NCBI GenBank assembly: GCA_002269645.1
Contig: NIVC01000636.1
Coordinates: 124,001 to 188,000, forward strand
Direction: 5' to 3'
Length of the DNA: 64,000 bases
Source: Macrostomum lignano
Lineage: Eukaryota
Positions 32,567 to 46,200 of the stretch are shown here, one piece after another; position 1 is the first letter of the stretch, and each line of letters opens with the position of its first letter. The notes under the pieces were generated by a model, which had not been told where the DNA came from, searched no databases, and was given only the letters and a program-made list of their open reading frames with translations. The translations under genes were made by a program, and so were the position numbers.

Positions 32567-33646
32567 GGGAGTACCTGACTCGAAAAGGAGTACCTGATTT
32601 TGGAAGGGAGTACCTGACTCTGGAAGGGAGCACCTGACTCTGGAACTGAGTACCTGACTCTGGAACTGAGTACCTGACTCTGGAACTGAGTACCTGACTC
32701 TGGAAGGGAGCACCTGACTCTGGATGGGAGCAACTGACTCTGGATGGAAGCAACTGACTCTGGAAGGGAGCACCTGGCTTTGGAAGGGAACACCTGTCTC
32801 TGGAAGGGAACACCTGGCTCTGGAAGGGAGCACCTGGCTCTGGAAGGGAACACCTGACTCTGGAAGGGAACACCTGACTCTGGAAGGGAGCACCTGGCTC
32901 TGGAAGGGAACACCTGGCTCTGGAAGGGAACACCTGGCTCTGGAAGGGAACACCTGGCTCTGGAAGGGAACACCTGGCTCTGGAAGGGAGCAACTGACTC
33001 TGGAAGGGAGCAACTGACTCTGGAAGGGAGCAACTGACTCTGGAAGGGAGCAACTGACTCTGGAAGGGAGCACCTGGCTCTAGAAGGGAGCAACTGACTC
33101 TGGAAGGGAGCAACTGGCTCTGAAAGGGAGCAACTGACTCTGGAAGGGAGCACCTGGCTCTGGAAGGGAACACCTGACTCTGGAAGGGAACACCTGACTC
33201 TAGAAGGGAGCAACTGACTCTGGAAGGGAGCAACTGGCTCTGAAAGGGAGCAACTGACTCTGGAAGGGAGCACCTGGCTCTGGAAGGGAACACCTGACTC
33301 TGGAAGGGAACACCTGACTCTGGAAGGGAGCACCTGGCTCTGGAAGGGAGCACCTGGCTCTGGAAGGGAACACCTGGCTCTGGAAGGGAACACCTGGCTC
33401 TGGAAGGGAACACCTGGCTCTGGAAGGGAGCAACTGACTCTGGAAGGGAGCAACTGACTCTGGAAGGGAGCAACTGACTCTGGAAGGGAGCAACTGACTC
33501 TGGAAGGGAGCACCTGGCTCTAGAAGGGAGCAACTGACTCTGGAAGGGAGCAACTGGCTCTGGAAGGGAGCAACTGACTCTGGAAGGGAGCACCTGGCTC
33601 TGGAAGGGAACACCTGACTCTGGAAGGGAGCACCTGACTCTGGAAG
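32567..33646. repeat. 20-bp minisatellite, about 54 copies
   Basis: Unit tggaaggga(g/a)ca(c/a)ctg(a/g)ctc. Explains the long repetitive ORFs at 32472-33714. Confidence 0.98.
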
Positions 33647-35087
33647 CATGAGGTTATATTGCGTGTCCGAGAGTGTCGGACAACTCTGCTGAAAAGTCCC
33701 AAGCGAGTAAGCAATGCCTGCTCATATTAAAATAAACAAATTAGAGATAGGAAATTTCCACCCCGTGATGATGGGCTGGGTTGCCAAGCACCTGTGTGCA
33801 CGTGAGAGAGATCGCGGCACACGGGGAGGCAGATGGCCGCTCATAAACACACTTGCGAGTTGCGCACTCTAATGAACAAATGCGAGGAGTGAAGAAGTTT
33901 GAAGTTCAGACTCTCAGCTGCATCAATCAGCAGCAGCGGCGGGAGTCCCGCAATGTGGCACGCAGCGGCCAGACAATCCCGCAGCTGGCGATGAAGCTCG
34001 GGGAAGGGGTGGTCGATTTTGGCAGCCACGGCTGGCGGGTCATGCGCCGATGGCGGCTTCAATGCGAGGCCAGCCCACCATTCATCACGTAGCGACGCAG
34101 TCCCCCTCCACCGCTGTCACCCCTCCCGGATCCTTGGGGTATTTGGTCTCTCAGTTCCTGCCCGGAAGAATTATTTTATCCCCAGAAGAATGCCAGCAGC
34201 ATGAAGGCTCCGCATGCGGCATTTCAGCGCCAGAATTCAGGCCGCACGATTCCCATAAAGCCCGGCTGCCATCTCGGACTTTCCGCCGCCACCCGCTTGG
34301 GCTGGGTGGGGGGGGGGGCGGCCCGTCTGGCGGACTTCGGCCTGGCAGGGCTGATTCAACAATGCCCGCGCCGGAGTGATGGCGCCGAGCAGCTGAGGCT
34401 GTCTGAGGGGGCGGGGATCAGAGAACGGATACAAGAGAGGCAGAGCAAACAGAGCGGACGGCGAGGGCGGGGAGCAGAGCGAGTGAGAGGGATGACCGGT
34501 GGAGCAGCTTCGAACTTCAATCTGCACAGGACATTCCGGAAACCCATTTTAAGGGGGTCTAAGGAAGGAACTCCCACCGAGGGGCGAATTATTGATCCTC
34601 GGAGTTTCGGGTCGCCGCCGCAGCTCGGGTGTGGGAATTCGCGCAGGGCCCCGGAGCGCTCGCGGAAGCGTGACACAATCGGGCTGGGAATCGGAGCGAA
34701 GAGGAGCGGGGAAGGCCGCGGGGCCGGGAGGCTGAAGGGATCAATTTTTTAGAGATCCCACTTGACCGTAAAATTTCCGGTTGCCCGTGGGGGCCAGCAA
34801 ACAGGCCGGGTGGGGACGGACGGGGCAGCAAGACTTTTGAGTTCGCCAAAAATTCATTTCCGCCCCAAGACGTGACTCAAGGCTGGCGGCGCATGAAAAT
34901 TGCATCTTTTGAAACTGGGGATCCCCTTGTGCGTCTCGCCTGAACCGGTCTGCTGGGGACAGTTCTCTCTCTGGAACTGGTAATATACGAGGAGCTACCT
35001 GGGGATGCGGTGTGGCCTCCAGATCCTCAGTTGCGTGAGTGAGCATGGGAGGATATGAGCTGCTGCATGTCCGCCAGTCTGTGTCCG

Positions 35088-35402
35088 CCTGTCAGTGTCT
35101 GTCAGTATCTGTCAGTGTCTGTCAGTGTCTGTCAGTATCTGTCAGTGTCTGTCAGTGTCTGTCAGTGTCTGCCAGTCTCTGCCAGTGTCTGTCAGTGTCT
35201 GTCAGTGTCTGTCAGTGTCTGTCAGTATCTGTCAGTGTCTGACAGTGTCTGCCAGTGTCTGTCAGTGTCTGTCAGTATCTGTCAGTGTCTGTCAGTATCT
35301 GTCAGTGTCTGTCAGTGTCTGTCAGTATCTGTCAGTGTCTGTCAGTGTCTGTCAGTATCTGTCAGTGTCTGTCAGTGTCTGTCAGTGTCTGACAGTGTCT
35401 AT
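35088..35402. repeat. 10-bp tandem repeat (CAGTGTCTGT)n
   Basis: Seen directly in the sequence. Confidence 0.97.
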
Positions 35403-38400
35403 CTGCCGGATTTGGGAGGATTAGTCGGAACATGACTTTACCCGCTTTGGTTACTTTTACTATTTTACGAGCGTATAAAACCATTGTGATCGAGCGTGCT
35501 ATGCCATGCCCTGCTAGCCTGCCTGTCAGCCCAGTGCCTGTCTGTCAATGTCCATCTGTCCTTGCAGTCCGACAGAAGCAGCACCGAGCGCCCAAGCCTC
35601 TTGTTTACATGCACGCACCGCTGGAATTGCATCTCCTGCCGCTTCGAAGCCTGGGGCAGCCGCTTCCAGGGAATCCTGGGAATGACGTGCGGGCTGCTAC
35701 GGCGAAGCAAGGGGTAGCGTGTCATCGGGCATACCTGTCCTGGGACCCACGTGTTTATACAACCGGAGAGCTCCTCACTCCTCTGGAGGTCGACGGTGGG
35801 TCATTTTTTCGCCTTTCTGAAGCGCTCAATTCCGGTTGTACTGCAATGTTTTTATTGCCTGCTGAACCGAAGCAGCTGGGGGACTCACTTGTCAATGACG
35901 CACTGAGAGAGCTTGCTGTCGGCTCAGGGAACTGCGCTCCCTGTTGCTTCTTTTGCCTCGCCTTCGAATTCTCAGCTGGCCTGCGTCTCAGCCAGCTGTC
36001 CTTCTGGGAGTTGTCGAATCTCTGCGGCTTCTGTCAAAAAACGATAAAGTTTTCGCTTCAACCAGATTGGCGGAGAGGCCACTCCTTCAAGAAAGAGTTG
36101 AAGGTGCAGCAGCCTTCTGTTCCGGGCTTCCCTTAAAGCTAAATTGCATCCACCTATCGCAGGGTGCGCCTGGCAGGCCTGCGCCGCCATGTCGCACTCT
36201 GGCGTCCCAGTGGGAGGGCAGGCAGACTGGCCAGCAGGGAGGAAGTGGCACCAGGCAGGCGGCCAATGGGCGGCTGGGCTCGCCATGGTTTGGGTCAGGA
36301 CAGGGCCAATCCAGGCCACCGACACGGCCGGTGCGGCTGCCCGGAGACCGAGCAGCTCGAAGGCGCTGCAAATGAAAATGTCACAAGCAATTAGATAAGA
36401 AGGTGGTGACTCGCAGCGATGGTGATTTCTGGGAATTGAAAAAACGCTATGAAGTAGGCCTGTGTCGGCTTACTCATGGGAGAGAGGGGAGGAAATGAGG
36501 CTCTGGCGTGCAGTTCTGGGTCTTATCTTGGCCGGCGCATGCCGCCCGGCGGTCCTGCTGGGAGGGCTGGCGGAACGGGCGTCCAGCCTCCTGCCAGCTT
36601 CATCGATACTGCCGCGGCAGCTCGAGGCGCTAAGCTTGGCACTAAACCTGCAATTAAGAGATTGTTGGGGCGGCTGCTCTTCCCGGGCTGCAGGGAAATG
36701 TTGGAAATGGAATAATCCGATGTTGTCTCCGCGCCGCAACCCGGAAACTATTGATTGGACCTTCGGCCCTGGAGAACCGCGGCAGTGTGATCAGGATGGA
36801 CCGCAGCCACAAATCTATGGAAGTGCAAAGTTAATCTGGTAGTGACGTCGACTACCACGAGTAATATGGCTCAGACGAATTGCTCGAAGGTGGCTCAAGT
36901 TTTTGCAAGCTTCTGTTCGTCTTTGCCCTGGAAAACATGCGTCTGTACCCTGAAAACATACCCTGAACTCTCCTCTGAAACACCCGAACGCTGCCGTTTG
37001 CGCCTTAAAAGAAACTTTTTATCCCGCACTAAATCATGGCACATGGGCCAACTTCAAGAGAACGCGATCTGGGCGTTGCTATGTGACCTAAAATGCACCC
37101 CGGTGCAATGCACAAGACCTCTGTGATGACTTATGGGTCAGTGTCATTAATTATTTTGGCACTCAGCAATTTGACTACTTTGCTCCATCGCTAGAAGATG
37201 CAGCATCTTCAGGCGGCATCGAGGGCCGCTTTTTGCAGCGAACTCGCATTTTTACAACCGCGCTGCGCATTTGCGGCTTTGAATAAAAATCTTGTCGCGC
37301 GAATTCCGGCCAGCTAAGCAAATGCTTTTGGCTTGGCGATTTCCGCATCCGTGTTCGCGGCTGGATTCAGATAAATTCAACAATTTAAACAGAATTCCTG
37401 GAGAACCAGCCGCGAATTTTTCTGAGGTGCAGATTTATGGATCCGGGTGGATTTTTAAGAGTCCGGCAGCTGCCTGCGCCAGCAGCAGGCGGAATCCGAC
37501 ACTCCAGCGTGCCAAATTCCTGGCTCCGCCCCTGGCGACAGCACGCAGTGACCCGCTGGTCAGAGCCCTCCCAGCTGTTCCATGCCGGCACCCCCGGCCG
37601 AGCATCTTGCGTCACGGTTTGAACTTGACACCGTGACGAACTGCTCTCTCCCTTGTGGGAGCCGGTGGCAGCGCCGACACTCCAGTCTCTGATCGAGCCG
37701 ATCCTGATGTTGCTCGCGGAAGGATTGTAGGGTAGAAAGACTTTGGTGGGCGCATTCCTCTGCTAATGCGATCGCTTGCTTCTACATGTATTGAATGCGC
37801 TTCTGCCCGGCTCGGGACTTGCCAGCGCGTGGCACCGGTGCCCCGGATTTTGCTGCACTCTCCCCTGTCCAAGGCGGAATGCTGCTGCTGGAAGAGCCGT
37901 GACTCGCGGCTGCCAGGCTTGGAATCAGAGAGCGGGGAGGGGTTGGCTCGCTGGGATCGTTGTCACGATCTTGTAGCTCCCACCCAGCCTTGCCCATTTC
38001 GGCACCAGGAGGGTGTATTCTGCATGGGATGCGACGCAGTTGCCTGTTCCCCGTGCTGCATCACTCAGAGAGGCTCCACTCTCCCGACCCCCGACCCCTC
38101 AGCTAATCCTCCCTGTTCTTTTTCCGAGTGGAGCGAGTGCGATTTTATTGCCATTGCGGGTTCAGCGGGATCTGCTGGTGCACTGCAGAATGCGGGTAAT
38201 ACTGCTGTGGCTTCTTGTCGTTTCGGATGCAGTCTATTTTCATTATGGGTATGCGTGGCTCATCGAGAGACTGCATGGAAAACTGATTTCTCACAATTTG
38301 CTTTAATTGATCGATGTTATGACGAAGCATATGCAGGTTTACAAAAGGTTTTATCAAATTTCAAGGCTGTTTTTTCTGCCGTCCGAAAAAGTTTTCCGTA

Positions 38401-39269
38401 TGCACTTCAGCTGCGCAGTTTTAAAGTTGGATGAAACCAGGGTGAAAAACAAATTCAGGGACAAAACAAAAGGTGAACTCTCATCACAGCTTGAACTTAA
38501 TTTAAATTACATGTAATTGTGAAACTATTTAAGACTTGAAATACTCCAATTCACGAAATTTAACATGCATTTATACACTAGAGGCTCGGTGGGCCATCAT
38601 AGGGGAGCCAGCAGGGGACGCCATCAGGGGCGCCATCAGGTGGAGCCAGCACCAATAATGGGGCGCTAGCAGTAGCCGAGCATAACGAGCATAAAGAGCA
38701 TACCAAATACAGGCTTGAGGCACTTTTTGATAATGAAATCTATATAAAGTTTATTTTATTAAAATAAGTTATAACAAAAAATCGCAGTTATGATGATATG
38801 TCTAATACAAAAATTTGAATCACAAAATATATAACATTGTTCTTTGTTTTAATTGACAAGTTCTAATAATTCATTTGACGACGATGACTAATTCATTCAT
38901 AGACAAATTAAAATTATCTGACTGAACATGAGTCACTGGAGTTAAGTGATTACTGGAATTGGAATTTAACGGATTTATCTCTATTTATTTGAATACCCTA
39001 TTATCTTTTGGCAAACAGACAGCTCTACCAGAGTAACCTATTTCGTACTTTAATCTTATTGAAAAAATACTTCTAATAACATAATCAGCAAGAATGGCAA
39101 CTGTTGAAGTAATGAAAGGCTTGGTAAGCACACTTGACATCTGCAAGTGCAAGTTTGTTACATTTTTTCTCTTGTCATACGTAAAAAAGCCAATATTTAT
39201 ACAGTCTTGGACGTTAAATAGATTAAAGTAGCTAGCTAATGTAATGTATTCAATTTTTTTCAAGATTTT

Positions 39270-41480
39270 TTTACAAGATTTTTGCATGCAAGAACTTTTT
39301 TGTCTTAAATACCATATGCACGTACATGCCCAACCCCCTGATTTACACCAGCCAGGCAACTTACTTTTTGACCAAAATGCAACTTACCTATGAGAGAAAC
39401 TTTAGCAAAATGAACATAATTGTGGGTAAATTATACTATAGTCCATTTAATGCTTAAAGTTATGGCTATGCCAGAGAAAAACTGATGAAATTTCATCATT
39501 TATGCCAGACTTACACTAGGCTTAAGCACCAAATGCCAGGTATATAAATGCCTAGACTAGGGGGGAGGGGGTGCAGGGGAGTTTTTTATAGGCCTACAAA
39601 CATAAACATTTTTCAATTTAAAAAAGTTTAATGTTTCCATTTGTGTATTTTTATGAAAACTTTAAAAACATATAAGTATTAATAAGATAATAACAGCACA
39701 ATTTCTTGATTTTAAACTTTGTTTACTTTTTATGAATAATAAAATATTAGTTATTTAAATTCTCCATTTGTTCAAATATAAAGTAAGTTATAGGCCTAGT
39801 CAGTGAAATACTAGTCACATTTATTTCTAGGTAGAGAAATATGCCAAAAAATTATCAGTTGTTTTTATGCCAATCCATTTTTCTATCAATTCTTATACCA
39901 AGGCAGATTTTTTTCTAGATTTACACTGTTCTCCAACATAACTATAACAAAATGGGTAAATAGTAAGAGTAACTATAATTGTTCTATATTATTTGAGCTT
40001 AATACCTTATCATCTTAGTACTATATCTTATTATATCTATTCTATGTTTTTGGGATGGGCATTTTTGCAACTTACCTTGACAAGGCTTTTTATTAGCCTG
40101 CTAAATCAGCCAGCTTAACCAAGTATTACACATATACAAGTCAAGTCAAATCTATTTTATCATTAGGTACCATATTGTAGCCATAGTTCAAATCATATAT
40201 TAGTATATACCAGGTCTAGTGAGGGAAAAAGTATAGGACCACATTTGTATGCCAGGACCAAAAATATTTTTAATTAGATATGCCAAAATTGTATACTTTT
40301 TTCATTCTTGGATTTATTATTCATGCAAAAAATGAACTTAAAAATTATGGACTTTTGAAACATGTATTAAGAAAAGAAAATTATAAAAAATATCTTGAAT
40401 ATTTTTATTTGTTAAAAATTACAAAAAAAGTTTTTTTGGCATAAAGTTTTAAGGTTATAATAGTTTTTTTAAATTATTCTTTATATATTGTGTTGATCTT
40501 GTTGCTTGTAGTGTATTTACTTTATTTGACCCGATCATGCATGCAGATATGCTATAGATATAAGCCAAATTTTTTTTGTATCTGTCATGTCAAATTTTGA
40601 CTATGTCATGCATACTAGGATCCATTGTTCATTTCAATGCTTGGAGTTATGTCAGAAGAAAACTTATTCAAATTTTATCATTTATGCCAGACTTATGCCA
40701 GGCTTATATGTACCACATACTAGGCATAATGTCTAGACTAGGAGAGGGGGTGCAGGCAATTTGTATAAAGATTTTTCATTTAAAAAAAGTTTAATGTTTC
40801 CATTTGTGTAGTATAATTAAAACTTTATAAACATATAAATATCAAAAGATAATAATGTAAAAGTTTATGCATTATAGCACAATTTCTAGATGTTAAACTT
40901 TGTTTTACTTCTTACAAACATATATGCCCAACTTCAAAATTTCACTCATCCAGTGCAACTTAATTTTGTCCAGATTTGTGACTTAGTTCCTCCCAATTGT
41001 GACTTGTTTCTCTTGATTGCAACTTAGTTCCCCCAATTGCAACCTAATTTTTACTTTGTATGCAACTTAGTTCCTCTCAATCATGCATGCCCAACACCCA
41101 CCCAACCTATTTATTTATCTATTTTTCTATCAATTCTTATGCCAAGCATTTATGCCAAGGCTAATTTTTTCTAAAATTATGCCAAAGATTTCTGGCATAA
41201 CTGTAAAAAATGGATTATAGGCTGGGATATATATTGAAATATGCTAAAAATGGCAAGTACCCTTGTTGTATACTAGGAAGTCCCAGATGTTGCCTTTCAA
41301 AGTATAGAATTGCAGAAGGTATAATATACATACATGCGCAACCCCCCTGATTTACACTGGCCATGCGACTTACTTTTTGACCAAAAATGTGACTTACCTG
41401 TGAAAACCCTAAGGCAAATTAATGTAAAGTTTTGAGTAAATGGCAGGAATAACTATGACTGTCTTATTAGGCCTAAATGC
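39270..41480. repeat. AT-rich degenerate interspersed-repeat block with internal duplications
   Basis: ~39325-39390 resembles ~41333-41400; ~39497-39760 resembles ~40678-40910; ~40920-41060 resembles 52540-52650. Confidence 0.65.
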
Positions 41481-43231
41481 CTCGGCATCTAATTAGTACT
41501 ATGTCCATATTCTTTGGGGTGGCATTTTTGTGACTTACCCCTGGTACACCACAACTTATGGTGGCCAGATTGGCCATGTCGGCCAGCAGTTGCGCATATA
41601 TGTTAATATATGCCAGAAAATTCTGGCATACAAATGTTTTAGCTAGTATATAAATCGTATACAAAGAGGAAATACAATTTTCTGGCATAATCATCAGTTT
41701 ACAATTCTTAGGCCTATCTATACATGTTCAAGCTTGTGGTGCAACATGCAAAAGCATTGAGGTATATATCATAATTGTATAAATTATGTCGAATAATCTT
41801 TTGCTATAGCCAAAGTCAGGAAGATTGCCTTTTCATAGAAATTTCGATATAAAAAAGAGTTAGATACATATTGTGCTGGCATATTCTGGCACAATAGCAG
41901 GCAAGGACAAAAAATCCAGTGTAATGCAAGACAAAAAATTGCATAATTTGTTGCAAGACAAAAACTTTGGCAAGACAATATTTTTGTAAAGAGATAATTT
42001 TTTATTAGGCCCTACACTTTTTTGTTCACCAGTGTATTGAGAGCTTTTTTAATTATAATATATTAACATTGCATTTTCTATGAAACAGATTCAAAAAAAG
42101 TTTTACCATATTTTTTTAAACAATAAAAAATACAGATTTTTGTTTTTGCATTAAAAAAACAGTTCTAGCATACAGTGCAAGCAGACTTGTTTGATAGGAA
42201 TAGTTCTAGCGCATGGCACAAATAAACTTTTTTGATAGGATTTGTTCCAGTGCAGGCATACCATGATCTTGACTATGGTGCTATAGTAAAGTTAATTTAA
42301 AAATTGTGGCAATAAATTAGGTCTTTTAAGTAATATGTTAAACTTTTCTATAGTTACTAATGGACAATAAACCTAAATTAGTAATATATCTAACTATTTT
42401 TTTTACTATTTTTTTGTTTTTAAATGATATAGGTTTCAATTTTCTGCAGCAATTATTCATTGCATCTACTGCTTGTTGTATTTAGTTATATGCTTATTAA
42501 TCACATAATTTTTAGTGCTAGCTCGTATATAGTTTACTAGTAAACACTTAATCGGTATAATTTATTGGCATACACTTTACTAGATAGCCAAATACTTTCC
42601 CACTTATATATAACAATATGGAATATAGATTGGGTATCAATTTTTTGTTTACTGGCAGTTCTTCTATTGAGGAGATAAAAGTTTTCTTTCTAAAACTGCT
42701 AGGAAATAGGAGTAGGATGGGGAGCTGCAGCACTTTAATGATGTGAATAGAGAGGAGATTGTTAGGTAGCTCCCTATCCTACTCCTCATTCCCATCCCAT
42801 TTCCCAGCAGACTAACAATTCTAAGAGAAAAAGGCATTCTGTCTACTTAGCAGATCAACTGTCAGTAGACAAATGAACTGGAAACCCTTTCATCCACCTT
42901 TGCAATTGCATTAGGGGCTAGGGGAGAGGTCTATAATACTAATAGCTATATTTGGACATAGGAAGAGGGGTAGAGTTGCATAGTATCAATGTTAGGCTTA
43001 GTATCTCATTGTATTTACTATTTGTAATCCCTTTGCTAGATCATATTAAATGTACACTTGAATATATGTGAGAACCAAATGCATATAATGTACCAAACAA
43101 AATGTATGCTATTAGAAAATTCTAGCATAAATTATGTCTTTTAGAGTGTGGTTTATATTTGTTTAAGTATGTTTTGGATGCAAGTCATTTTGTTTGAGCT
43201 CTAATCTCAGTTGGCTTATCTCCCATCTCAG

Positions 43232-46200
43232 GGCCCAGATGTGCGCACGATCAAGCTGAATGGCCATGTGGGCTTTGACAGCCTCCCTGACCAGCTGGTG
43301 AACAAGCATGTTGCCCAGGGCTTCAGCTTTAACATCATGTGCATCGGCGAGACGGGCCTCGGCAAGAGCACCCTGATAGAGACCCTGTTCAACCAGCGCT
43401 TCGAGTTCACGCCTTCCTCGCACGAGGTGCCTCAGGTTAAACTGAAGCCGCATACTTACGGTGAGCAGTGTTGGACTGCTAGCTTAATGTATATAAAGTA
43501 TGAAAGTGAACTTTTTAATTTGTAAATTTTCAATGCTTCGTACAGACCTGAAGGAGGGCAGCGTGAAGCTGAAGCTCACCATCATTGAGACCAGTGGCTT
43601 TGGCGACCAGGTGAACAAGGAGGACAGCAGCAAGCCGATCATTGACTACATCAACCAGCAGTTTGAGAACTTCCTGCAGGAGGAGCTCAAGATCAAGCGA
43701 TCGCTGCACACCTACCACGACACTAGGGTGCACGTCTGCCTGTACTTTATCGCGCCTACGGGTCACTCGTGAGTGCTTAACCGATTCCGTTCGTTTTTGA
43801 CTCATGATATTTAGCAGTTTTAGTAATACATATTTTACTACTCCTCTGTGTTTCGAACTTTTGAAGTTTCCAGTTAAAGTCTCTAAATTCACTCTTCTTC
43901 CAGTCTGAATCACAGATACTAGAACAACCAGATGGGCCACTCAACACATTTGCGTGTAAGCTACTTTCAGTTCAGTAGCAAGTTAAACGGAAGCATTTTA
44001 ATGTATTTTTAAAGTCAAGGCTCATTTATTGGCTCTTACCTCCAGCTTAAACCCTCCAACTGCGCCTTTCCACACTAACCCCCACCCCACCCCAATTTTT
44101 ATTGCCTTTCTCGGAATTCCAGCCTAAAGCTGCCATGTACATTTCAGTAAACTGGCCAATGTACATTATTGCTGAACCAATTAGCAAGTTGTTTACGCCT
44201 GCAAGCTTGGGCTTCTAAACTTATCAAAGTCATTTCAGCTGCCTTTATTTTTATAAAATAGCTTATGTATTCTTCTTTGCTACTGAACTGAAAGTAGAAA
44301 GCTATTTTACTAAGTAAATGTGCCTGAGTGGCCCATCTAGTTATTTTAGTATCTGTAGGTCTGAATCTGCAATAAATTGGCAAACGGCAATATCAATATT
44401 CCTCAATTTTCATTTCCAGACTCAAGTCGATCGACATGGTCACAATGAAGAAGCTCGACAGTCGCGTCAACATCATTCCGGTAATCGCCAAGTCCGATAC
44501 AATTACCAAGCCGGAGCTGCAGCGCTTCAAGACAAGAGTAAGTCGCGATTTCTCCTTTTTAGGCGAATTTTTTACTACAGTGTATTTTTCCGCCTTACTA
44601 ACTGACTTTTCGATACATATCGGCAAAGATATTTTATCCATTTTTACCCGAGCTTGAGCTATAGAAGTCCAACTGTACCTGTTAGCAGTAGTGGGGAAGC
44701 AAATTTGTATTCCTCTTGACCGGTTTTTCGGTGGCTTTGCTCACCTTGCGGGTTTTCAAATGCAAATTTCTTCCCAAAATCGATTTTTTTATTTTTTGAT
44801 GCCAAATATCCCAAAATTTAATCGATTTCTTCCAGATCCAGAATGAGATCGCCAACAACGACATCCACATCTACCAGTTCCCCACCGATGACGAGACCGT
44901 CAGCGAGCAGAACTCAATTATGAAGGTGAAGATCGGCCTGATTGGGATAAAATATGCGGCTATTGAGCAAAAATCCCCGCTGAGAAGGTGGAATCGAACC
45001 ACTCCGACGCTAGTCGGCTACAGGTTTGAAGCCTGCACCCCGGACCACCGAAGGTCATCCCAGCAGGCTCTGGGGCTGTCGGCGTGCCTATTTATACCCG
45101 GATTGGGGCCGGCGAAGTCATGCACCGGAAATGCACAGGGGCGCAGGCTGGCCGGCTCGGAATACAAGCAGATTAGTTATGGAATTGAGCAGTATGGAAT
45201 TGTAGCGATTGGGAAATCTTTGAAGTTACGCTTATGACCTTAGAAAGAGTTTCTTGGAGCTGCTTGGAGAGCTATTTTTCTATTCTACTACTAATGTTCA
45301 TGCTTTAATGTTCATGTGTGATTTATTATCAATTATCATCCTTAAAGTTATGCTTCTTATTTCTTAGCAAAAAAGTCAATTAGCTCAACCATAATCAAGT
45401 TGATTTTTAATTCTCGACATTCAGTTTTGATTGGGACAGAAGCCAATTTTTAGTAGCGGTAATCCTATTCAAGGATAAATCTAGCTGATCAGGGTCTGCG
45501 ACAATTGAATTGCTGCAATTTGACTGCCACTAATCACCTAAACCCTAATTCTCATACTCATAACCTATTCCTCATTAATTCCCAGAGTAAGGAAACTCTA
45601 ATTCCTTATTCTAACCTAAAACCCTAGGTCTAAACCCCTAACCTAAACCTTGATTCTCTAACCCTGATTGCTCCCAGCTGATCCGAGGCCGTTTCTTTAA
45701 ACAGTAGCTCGTGTGAACAGGCCTATCAACAGGATTTACAAGCCTGTGACTGTGACTCAAAGCTATTTGATTATATTATCACCTCCTCGCCCCCCCCCCC
45801 CGCAGAACCTGGTGCCCTTCGCCGTGGTTGGCAGCTCAGATGAGATCACAGTGAACGGGCGCAAGAGCCGGGCCCGCCAGTACCCGTGGGGCGCCGTCCT
45901 GGTTGACAGCGAAGCCCACTGCGACTTCGTCCGCCTGCGGGAGGCCATGCTCCGCGTCAACATGGACGACCTGCGCGAACGAACCCACGCGATGCACTAC
46001 GAGCACTACAGGAGGCAGCGCCTGGCCGAGATGGGCTTCAGCGACGAGGATAAGCTCAGCCTGCAGGAGATGTACGAGAAACGGCGGGAGACCCACCAGG
46101 TGCTCACCTCAACCTGGATATTTTTATTGGATATTATTCTCGTGCCGTTCCTCCTCTTTAAGTTAGCTCTTTGCATGAAGATCCACGGAGTCATTTCCCT

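Noticed and set aside
32472-33714. 373-aa and 322-aa repetitive ORFs
   Set aside because: Products of the 20-bp minisatellite; the period is not a multiple of 3 and there is no splice or codon-bias support.
33800-38450. Many 60-230-aa GC-rich ORFs (e.g. 35432-36136, 37766-38434)
   Set aside because: No domain motifs, no consistent exon chain, and they overlap on both strands. The region may hold UTR exons or promoters of PCBP or septin, but I cannot support a call.
45540-45670. Degenerate CCCTAA/CCTAAA-like repeats (also ~58650-58750)
   Set aside because: Too irregular for an interstitial telomere array; probably low-complexity parts of AT-rich repeats.
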